DNA of 64,000 nt. Origin: Dehalococcoidia bacterium (GTDB lineage Bacteria; Chloroflexota; Dehalococcoidia; SM23-28-2; RBG-16-64-32). This document shows positions 18,068 to 24,838 of the stretch, in pieces. The notes under the pieces were generated by a model, which did no database searches, was not told the DNA's origin, and saw only the letters and a list, made by a program, of their open reading frames with translations. Within the stretch, counting starts at the first letter, position 1. Each line of letters starts with the position of its first letter. Location of the stretch: contig CAXXTF010000001.1 in the NCBI GenBank assembly GCA_963665775.2, positions 544,001-608,000 of the forward strand, in the 5' to 3' direction. The translations under genes and the position numbers were made by a program.

Positions 18068-18529
18068 CTATCGGGCGGCCTGCCTGGCGGCGGGCAGTCC
18101 TCCCGCTGCGATCTGATCGTTCTCCGCCGAGGTGGGGTGGCCGTTTCGCCGGCGCCCCGGGGGCCGATCCTCCTGGCTCGCCTCGAGCCTTGTCGAAAGG
18201 ATGCGGAAGACGGTGCGGCGGGACACGCCGAAGCGTCCCGCCAGATCGTCCACCGTGGCGCCCCCAAGCCTCAGCTCCAGGATCTTCCGGTCGCGGTCGG
18301 CGTTGATAAGGGCCCGCAGTCCGCCCGGCTCGTCGTAGCGGCAGCGGTTCAGGGGGCAGGTGAGGCAGGAGGGGTGGACTTCGCAGCCGTTGTCCTGGTA
18401 GCGGATGTACTCGGGGAGGGCGTCGGCGCGGACTCTTTTGCCGGTAGGCATTGGGCCGGTAGGCATTGGGCGGACGCTGATGCTGGCCGTTCGACTGTGC
18501 TTGGGGTAGGTCTCCGTCAGAGGGGACAT
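18068..18529 (-). CDS. Cys-rich HTH DNA-binding protein
   Basis: YQDNGCEVHPSCLTCPLNRCRYD followed by HTH LAGRFGVSRRTVFRIL. Confidence 0.8.
   Translation of the reverse strand: MSPLTETYPKHSRTASISVRPMPTGPMPTGKRVRADALPEYIRYQDNGCEVHPSCLTCPLNRCRYDEPGGLRALINADRDRKILELRLGGATVDDLAGRFGVSRRTVFRILSTRLEASQEDRPPGRRRNGHPTSAENDQIAAGGLPAARQAAR
18441..18470. repeat. 15-bp tandem duplication
   Basis: CCGGTAGGCATTGGG x2 (MPTGP MPTG). Confidence 0.85.
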
Positions 18530-18544
18530 CGGCAGCGCTCCCTT

Positions 18545-20008
18545 CTAGATCCTGCCTTGAGCGGAGGCTGGGGGCTGCCGCGTCAGCCGCCCGCGGGCCA
18601 CCCGGGGTCGCGGCTCCAGATCGGCGGCCGCCGCCGCGGCGAGGGCGAGGCTCATGAGATAGTCGTCGTGGCCCTGCGACGGTTCCACGAAGAAGTTCAT
18701 GGTGCGGTTGGGGCGGTACACCAGGCGGGCCTGCTCCATCTCCCGCCAGAAACCGGCGAACTCCGCTGATCCGTCGGCAGCGTACATCTTCAGCCGGCCC
18801 CCGTTGACGGCGGCCAGCAGCCCGTACCCCAGCCGCGACTTGGATTCCGCCGTGAAGCGAAAGGGCTGAACCACCTGCGACCCCAGGGCCCTGGCTAGCA
18901 GGCGGGCCATGGTCTCGCCCAGGCCGGTGGCGTCCAAAACCAGCCGCCGCACCCGCCAGACCTCGCGCAGGAGGTCCACCAGCCGGGCGAGCAGCGAGTC
19001 GTGTAGCACCCCCACCTGGACCAGGTGCTCGACGACCTCCAGACGCGCCTCCGGGACCACGGCGTCCGAGGGCGAGGGCAGGACTCTGGCGATGGTGAGG
19101 ACGCTGGCGTCGCGCCCCCGTGTGGCGGACTCTTGGCCGGGCCCTTGGTGATCGGCGGCGAAGTCCTGACCGGCCAGGTCCAGCCCGGCGACATAAGTGT
19201 CTCCACCTCTGGGCGCGTACTGGCGGCCGTGGCTCCCTTGAAGCTGGGCCCGCTGTCCCGAGCTGAACAGACGGCCGCCGCCGGAGAGCGTCTTCAGGGC
19301 GTACTGGGTGAGGGAAAGGGGATGGTTTTCGCCCAGGCGGGCTCGCTCCGCCTCCACGTATCGGGCGTAGCTCGGGTTGAGGGCCGCCACCACCGTCCAG
19401 TCGGCCGAGAAGTGACGGCGCAGGCCGTCGCGGCGCTCCAACTCCAGGTTCGTCTGAACCGCCTGCTCCAGCAACGTCGAGTCGTCCCAGGGGGTGCCGT
19501 AATAGACGGTGGTGGCGCCGGTGGGAGCGGCCATGGGCCGGAACTCGCGGTCGAACTTCTCCCGGTCGACATCCTGGGCCTCGTCCACCTCCAGAAGGAG
19601 GCCCGCGGTATGGCCCATGACGCTGGCCGAGGGCTCGGCCGACAGGAAGAGCTGGCGGGCCCGGCCCAGGCGGATAGCGCTGCCGTGCTCGCGGGCGCCG
19701 ATGCTCTCCAGGCCGGCCTGGACGAGGCGGCTCCAGAGACGCCGCAGGCTGATCCGCCCCTGGGGCTCAAAGGAGGGGGCGCACTTGATGCCGTCCACGA
19801 CCTGCCGCGCGTGCTTGACCAGGAGGAGCAGCTCCATCTGGGCCGAGAGTTCGTTCTTGCCGGCCTGGCGGGCCATCACCACCGTGAACGTGAGGCCGCG
19901 ATGGCCCAGCACCGAGTCCACGATCGCCCGGCCCGCCTCGGTCTGGTATGGCCGCAGGCGCGGCAACCCGGGGATCGTGGACTCTACACCCTCGATTGCC
20001 GTCGCCAT
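18545..20008 (-). CDS. Terminase large subunit-like protein
   Basis: LRPYQ Q-motif, Walker A ARQAGKNE, Walker B LLEVDEAQ, GTP coupling motif, nuclease GLDLA...DATGLG...HDDY. Confidence 0.88.
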   Translation of the reverse strand: MATAIEGVESTIPGLPRLRPYQTEAGRAIVDSVLGHRGLTFTVVMARQAGKNELSAQMELLLLVKHARQVVDGIKCAPSFEPQGRISLRRLWSRLVQAGLESIGAREHGSAIRLGRARQLFLSAEPSASVMGHTAGLLLEVDEAQDVDREKFDREFRPMAAPTGATTVYYGTPWDDSTLLEQAVQTNLELERRDGLRRHFSADWTVVAALNPSYARYVEAERARLGENHPLSLTQYALKTLSGGGRLFSSGQRAQLQGSHGRQYAPRGGDTYVAGLDLAGQDFAADHQGPGQESATRGRDASVLTIARVLPSPSDAVVPEARLEVVEHLVQVGVLHDSLLARLVDLLREVWRVRRLVLDATGLGETMARLLARALGSQVVQPFRFTAESKSRLGYGLLAAVNGGRLKMYAADGSAEFAGFWREMEQARLVYRPNRTMNFFVEPSQGHDDYLMSLALAAAAAADLEPRPRVARGRLTRQPPASAQGRI

Positions 20009-20009
20009 G

Positions 20010-20243
20010 CTACTGCACCAGCTTCAGGATCAACTGAGCGATGACGGTGCCCGTCACCAGGAAGATGAGACCGTTGAGGCGGCCTTTCAGGTCGCCCACG
20101 TCTCGCTCCAGGACCTGCAGCCGCTGCTCCGCGGCCGCGCGGAAGGCGGCGGCGGAGCAGCGGGCGGCTGTAGCGCCGTCTCTACCGGCTGGGCGGCGGG
20201 TCGGCCGGAAGCGGGAGATAGCGCGGTGCAGGGCAGTGGGCAT
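20010..20243 (-). CDS. Small coiled-coil protein with C-terminal TM helix (probably leaderless)
   Basis: MPTALHRAI...EQRLQVLERDVGDLKGRLNGLIFLVTGTVIAQLILKLVQ; ATG about 6 nt after the -10; 1 nt gap to TerL. Confidence 0.7.
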   Translation of the reverse strand: MPTALHRAISRFRPTRRPAGRDGATAARCSAAAFRAAAEQRLQVLERDVGDLKGRLNGLIFLVTGTVIAQLILKLVQ

Positions 20244-20249
20244 GGTCAG

Positions 20250-20282
20250 AGAATAGAACGTTTGTTCTCCTAATGTCAAGGG
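20250..20282 (-). promoter_or_regulatory. LexA-box-containing promoter P2
   Basis: TTGACA(20274-20279)-18-TATTCT(20250-20255) overlapping AGAAC-GTTT-GTTCT (20255-20268). Confidence 0.85.
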
Positions 20283-20374
20283 AGTTGTGTCAGAAGGCGA
20301 CGCTACGGGGGTCGGAAAGGGATGCCGCGACGCTCGGGGCGCACTCATGTTAGCCGGGCCGCCGTAGCATTCAT

Positions 20375-20698
20375 TCAGGTCGGCGGCAGGAGCTGGTCGC
20401 CCAGGCTGTTGAGGGTGGCCGCCAGGTTGTCGGCCAGGTCGTGCCGCGCCTTGGGGGAGAGCCGGTAGCGCGCCGCTACGGCCTTCACTAGCAGGTCCAT
20501 CCCGCGTACCAGAAGCTGCAGGTCCTCTGGCCGCTCCTCGACGGCGTGCTTCAGGCGCACCCGAAGCAGAGCGATCTCGTCGTCCAGCCCTTCGATATCC
20601 TGGGCATGGTTCAGCTCTACCTGCTCGGCCTCGGTCAGGGCCTGCCGGTAGAAGTTACGGGGCGAGGGGCGACGGCGGGCTCTAGCGGCGCCCGCCAC
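20375..20698 (-). CDS. Helical protein, putative terminase small subunit
   Basis: NFY...L...E...IEGLDDEIALLRVRL resembles TerS-like proteins; lies upstream of TerL; GTG after GAGGTG. Confidence 0.6.
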   Translation of the reverse strand: MAGAARARRRPSPRNFYRQALTEAEQVELNHAQDIEGLDDEIALLRVRLKHAVEERPEDLQLLVRGMDLLVKAVAARYRLSPKARHDLADNLAATLNSLGDQLLPPT

Positions 20699-20882
20699 GG
20701 CGGCCACCTCGCTTCGTCCCGTCAGACGGCCGCCGCCGCGCTGGTGCCGCGTCCAGCACCGCCAGCAGCGCATCGGCGGCGTCGGGTGGTAGGGTCGCCG
20801 CCGCCCGGCTTACTCCCCACAGGAGACAGAGGGCGGCCAGCTCCCACTGCTGCCGTTCGATCGCTACGATTAGGGTGGTCAC
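20682..20882 (-). CDS. Small hypothetical protein
   Basis: GTG after GGAG; MTTLIVAIERQQWELAALCLL...; basic tail overlaps the next gene. Confidence 0.6.
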   Translation of the reverse strand: MTTLIVAIERQQWELAALCLLWGVSRAAATLPPDAADALLAVLDAAPARRRPSDGTKRGGRRGGRR

Positions 20883-20907
20883 GGCTGCTCCTCTCCGGTC
20901 GCGGGCC

Positions 20908-21237
20908 TCAGCGGCTCGCAACGCGACGAAGGATAAGAAGGGATATGAAGGCCGTGCCCGCCAGGGGTATAGCACGGGCCAGCGTCCAGGACGCCCACGA
21001 TGACACGGAAGCGAGGGGAGGATCCGGTGGCGCAGCCGCCACGGATGCCAGGAAGAGAAGGCTCTCCATGATCGCGCCAAGGGAGAGCAGCGCCAGGGCC
21101 AGGGCGGCCACTCGGTGTGACGCCGCTTGCTCCCGGCGGGAGGTGAGACGGTGCAGGAAATAGGTCAGGTTAAGCGTTGCGCAGGCGACGATGGCTAGAT
21201 CCAGGCCCATAGCCGTAGCCCGCCAGGTGGTTAACAA
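20908..21237 (-). CDS. Small 3-TM membrane protein
   Basis: Three hydrophobic segments; RBS GGGAGGT. Confidence 0.65.
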   Translation of the reverse strand: MLTTWRATAMGLDLAIVACATLNLTYFLHRLTSRREQAASHRVAALALALLSLGAIMESLLFLASVAAAPPDPPLASVSSWASWTLARAIPLAGTAFISLLILRRVASR

Positions 21238-21292
21238 GGGTACCTCCCATCATCGAAGCGGTTCCTGTGCTGAAAGGCATGAGACGATATCC

Positions 21293-21325
21293 AGAATAGA
21301 ACACGCGTTCTTATCCTGTCAAGGG
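21293..21325 (-). promoter_or_regulatory. LexA-box-containing promoter P1
   Basis: TTGACA(21317-21322)-18-TATTCT(21293-21298) overlapping AGAAC-ACGC-GTTCT (21298-21311). Confidence 0.85.
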
Positions 21326-21373
21326 GACGCTGTCAGATGGTGGTGCTGTCTCGCTCGGGCAGGACGGTGGGCT

Positions 21374-21715
21374 CTACCCTTCCGGCCCCAGAAGATGACC
21401 GCCCAGGCAGTGCAGGTGCAGATGGTGTACGGTCATGCCCGCGTCTGGCCCCACGTTGAAGGTCAGCCGGTATCCGCGTTCCGCGAGTCCTTCCTCCCGG
21501 GCGACCTGAGCGGCCGTAGTGAACATTCTGGACAGGAGACCCCCGTGCTCGCTGCCGATCTCCGCGGCCGAGACGATGTGCTCCCTGGGGATCACGATGA
21601 AGTGGACGGGCGCCCGCGGGTTAATGTCGCGGATGGCGAACACCAGATCGTCTTCGTACAGCTTATCGACCGGCGTCTTGCCCTGGGCCATGTTGCAGAA
21701 TAGGCAGTCGGCCAT
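21374..21715 (-). CDS. hinT: HIT-family nucleotide hydrolase
   Basis: DCLFC, DINPRAPVH, HLHLHCLGG. Confidence 0.92.
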   Translation of the reverse strand: MADCLFCNMAQGKTPVDKLYEDDLVFAIRDINPRAPVHFIVIPREHIVSAAEIGSEHGGLLSRMFTTAAQVAREEGLAERGYRLTFNVGPDAGMTVHHLHLHCLGGHLLGPEG

Positions 21716-21825
21716 CGCCTCCTCCTCTCGTCTGGGCCGGAAGCGACGCTATTCTAGCCGATGGCTGGGGGGCTGGCCAGCCGTCGGCGTTCATGACGTA
21801 GATCTCGATGTTGCCGCCGCCTACG

Positions 21826-22611
21826 CTATCGTTCGGCGGTGCCGGGCGTCCCATATAAGCCGTCGCCGTTGATGTACGGCGCCTCGTCCGTGACGTGGTA
21901 ATGGTAGATGCCGTCCGGATACTCCGGCGTCGCGTGCGAGTGGCCGTGATACGCGTCTAGATCAACGTTCGTGATCGCGGCGCCGTTTTCCTGCGGGCCG
22001 TAGACGGCGAAGCCGTCGAGCAGGAAACCGACGAGCCCGTCCGCGCCTACCTGTTCGATCAGGCAGTCCGGCACGACGTGGTAGTGGTACTGCCCTCGCA
22101 TCTCCGGGTGGCCGCTGCACTGGTCGAACGAGTTGATCTCGTTGGTCAGCGGCTGGTCCGGCCCGGCGTACTGGTTGAACAGCGCGACGCCGTTGACGGC
22201 GATGCCGATGGGACCGAGCGGCGTCGCTTCATGGTCGGCGGCCGCCTGCGGGTCGCGCGGGATGCGGAGCACCAGCGTCTGCTCCGCGATCGTGTTAGGG
22301 TTTTGCTGGAACTGCGGGTTGTCGCCGTCGTAAGCCGCATAGCGCGAGTCGGACGGATCGAAGTACGGACTAACGTGCCCCGGCACGCCGTCCGAGCGCA
22401 GCACCACGAAGTCACCGTCGAAGCTGATGTCCACGTTGTCGCTGAAGCCGGCGAAAGGATCGGCTGATGCCGGTGCTGCTTCTGATGCCGTCGCGGTCGG
22501 CTCTACCGTGGTGGCCGCCGGTGTGGCCGAGCCGCTCGCACCGTCATCGTCGTCGGAGCAGGCGGCCAGGAGGAGGGCGGCGAGCGCCATGAGCGCTGTG
22601 AGCTTTCGCAT
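21826..22611 (-). CDS. YHYH-domain lipoprotein
   Basis: Lipobox LAAC; GPIGIAVNGV, GQYHYH, DGFAVYGP, GIYHYH. Confidence 0.88.
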   Translation of the reverse strand: MRKLTALMALAALLLAACSDDDDGASGSATPAATTVEPTATASEAAPASADPFAGFSDNVDISFDGDFVVLRSDGVPGHVSPYFDPSDSRYAAYDGDNPQFQQNPNTIAEQTLVLRIPRDPQAAADHEATPLGPIGIAVNGVALFNQYAGPDQPLTNEINSFDQCSGHPEMRGQYHYHVVPDCLIEQVGADGLVGFLLDGFAVYGPQENGAAITNVDLDAYHGHSHATPEYPDGIYHYHVTDEAPYINGDGLYGTPGTAER

Positions 22612-22677
22612 AGGGCCGACCTTCCTTCGCAAAGGTGGCTAGTGCTACGCGTCGCCTATGCGGTTGTCAAGGCGGCG

Positions 22678-23814
22678 CTACAGGTCCAGCTTCTGGGCCA
22701 CCAGCTCCCGGTGGTAGTCGCCATCGCCCCACATCAGCTCCATCCACTTCTGGCGGCGGAAGTAGAGTTGGATCTTGTACTCCTTCGTGAAGCTGATCCC
22801 GCCGTGGAGCTGCTGGCCCTCGCGGACTACCCGTCGGGAGGCGTCGGAGACCCAGGCCTTGGCCATGGAGACCGCCATATCGGCGTCCGGTTCGTCCTCC
22901 TGGAGGGACCAGGCCGCCTTATAGGTGATGAAGCGGGAGCTGTCGACATCGATGATGGCGTCGGCCATCCGGTGCTGGAGGGCCTGGAAGGAGCCGATGG
23001 GCCGGCCGAACTGGACCCGCTCCTTGGTGTAGTTGACGGTGATGTCGAAGTCCATCTGGGAGAGGCCCACCAGGTAGGCACAGCTGGCGATGGTGGCCAC
23101 CTTCTTGGCCTTCTCGACGATGGGCCAGCCCTCGTCTGCCTGACCCAGGACGCTGGAGGCCGGCACCTTCACGTTAGCGAAGGTGACCTCGCATTGCTTG
23201 TCGTCGGCGATCGTCTTCAGCACCTCGATGCTGATCCCCGGCGACTTGGAGTCGACCAGGAAGAGGGTGATCCCCTCCTCCGGCGTCTTCCCCTGAGAAG
23301 TGCGGGCGGCGACCACCACGTAGTCGGTCACGTGGGCGTCCGGCACGAACAGCTTGGTGCCGTTGAGAACGTAGTCAGAGCCGTCCCCCTTCGCCTCCGT
23401 CTGCACGCCCTCGGCGTCCCATCTGGCGGAGGGCTCAGTCAAGGCCATGGTCAAGATCAGATCCCCGCTGGCGATCCGGGGCAGGAACTGCTCCTTTTGC
23501 GCCTGTGACCCGGCCTCCAGAATGGGGACGCCGCCCAGGACCACGGTGGAGATGTACGGGCCCGCCACCAGGGCCCGGCCGAACTCCTCCAGAAGCACTA
23601 CCAGCTCGCAGAGGTTCAGCCCCGCGCCGCCGTACTGCTCCGGGATGATGAGGCCCATCCAGCCCTGCTCGGCCATCTTGCGCCACAGCTCTGGCGAGTA
23701 GCCCTTCTCGTCCTCCTCCAGCTCGCGCACTAGCTGCTCCGGACACTCCTTCTCCAGGAAGTCCTGAGCGAAGCTCCTCAGCATCTCCTGCTGTTCGTCA
23801 AGGCCTAGATCCAT
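22678..23814 (-). CDS. Acyl-CoA dehydrogenase family protein
   Basis: ALTEP, LNGTKLFV, RVQFGRPIGSFQALQHR, QLHGGI.FT.E. Confidence 0.92.
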   Translation of the reverse strand: MDLGLDEQQEMLRSFAQDFLEKECPEQLVRELEEDEKGYSPELWRKMAEQGWMGLIIPEQYGGAGLNLCELVVLLEEFGRALVAGPYISTVVLGGVPILEAGSQAQKEQFLPRIASGDLILTMALTEPSARWDAEGVQTEAKGDGSDYVLNGTKLFVPDAHVTDYVVVAARTSQGKTPEEGITLFLVDSKSPGISIEVLKTIADDKQCEVTFANVKVPASSVLGQADEGWPIVEKAKKVATIASCAYLVGLSQMDFDITVNYTKERVQFGRPIGSFQALQHRMADAIIDVDSSRFITYKAAWSLQEDEPDADMAVSMAKAWVSDASRRVVREGQQLHGGISFTKEYKIQLYFRRQKWMELMWGDGDYHRELVAQKLDL

Positions 23815-23938
23815 GCCGGCGAACCTCCTTCTGGCCTCGTCCTCACCGTAAGAAGCCTGCCTCCGCCAAAGCGGCCGAGACCCGAAACCGCGTTACAGAC
23901 CGGGTCCCGCGAGTCCCGCTCCCTGGCCCTGAGGCGAT

Positions 23939-24048
23939 GGCCACGATACTATGGCGCGCGCGTCAATTGCAAGCCAAAAACCGGGCCCCCGCCGGGCCTA
24001 GCGACGGCGCCATGCCCGTCCGAGGATCCTCTTCAGAAGGGCGGCGCG
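23939..24048. repeat. ~110-bp imperfect direct repeat, copy A
   Basis: GGCCACGATACTATGGCGCGCGCGTCAATTGCAAGCCAAAAACCGGGCC...CTAGCGACGGCGCCATGCCCGTCC; matches 24728-24838. Confidence 0.9.
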
Positions 24049-24724
24049 GACCGGTAAAGTCGGCACCTAGAATGATATCTGCAAATATGAAGCCATCGCG
24101 CTCAACCGTTTCCCCCGGCACGATCGGCAATGGTGAGTCAAACATCGGTCCATCGTAGGCGAAGCTATGGAACTCGCCGTTTTCTCCACAGGGATCAACG
24201 CCCTTGGGCAGATCATCGAGGAATTGATGACCAAAGGTGCGGCCGGCAAAGGTGCGAGCAAGCTGCTGAGGATCGACACAGGTGATGTGGGCTCGTAGCC
24301 CCGAATTAACCATTTCGCGCGCGAGTAGCGGGGTTTCCAGCCCCCAGAGCGGAAACATCGGCTTGAGTCCGGTAGGCGCCAGCTTCTCCTCTCGGTAGCG
24401 CCTGACATCTTCCAGATAAAGGTCGCCGAAGGCGATCGCTTTCACTCCGTTTGTGTGCGCTTCGTTGATCGCGGCCCCCATCGCCGCTTCGTACTCTTCA
24501 TTGCTGCAGGGACTCGGGATCGGGACTTTAAAGAGCGGAAGCCGCAGGGCCTCGGCTTGAGCTTCGAGGAGCACTTCGCGAACTCCGTGCATGGAAACGC
24601 GGTTGGCGGCTTGATTGATCGTCGTGAGCAGACCGACGACTTCGACAACGGGGTCTTGGCGCAATGCGTGGAGCGCCCATGCGCTGTCCTTGCCGCTACT
24701 CCATGACAGTAAGACTCTCATCAT
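23963..24724 (-). CDS. PP-loop ATP pyrophosphatase (diphthamide synthase-like, ATP_bind_4)
   Basis: SWSSGKDS, FGDLYLEDVR.YRE, DPCGENGEFH; codon usage differs from the flanks. Confidence 0.88.
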   Translation of the reverse strand: MMRVLLSWSSGKDSAWALHALRQDPVVEVVGLLTTINQAANRVSMHGVREVLLEAQAEALRLPLFKVPIPSPCSNEEYEAAMGAAINEAHTNGVKAIAFGDLYLEDVRRYREEKLAPTGLKPMFPLWGLETPLLAREMVNSGLRAHITCVDPQQLARTFAGRTFGHQFLDDLPKGVDPCGENGEFHSFAYDGPMFDSPLPIVPGETVERDGFIFADIILGADFTGPRRPSEEDPRTGMAPSLGPAGARFLACN

Positions 24725-24727
24725 AGC

Positions 24728-24838
24728 GGCCAGGATACCATGGCGCGCGTCAATTGCAAGCCAAAAACCGGGCCGTCCCCGCCGGGCCTAGCGACGGCGC
24801 CATGCCCGTCCCAGGATCTTCTTCAGGAGGGCAGCGCG
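24728..24838. repeat. ~110-bp imperfect direct repeat, copy B
   Basis: Contains the last codons and stop of the transglutaminase-like gene plus a promoter-like sequence. Confidence 0.9.

Noticed and set aside
16214-21325. Intact prophage
   Set aside because: No integrase, att sites, repressor switch, replication, capsid, tail or endolysin genes.
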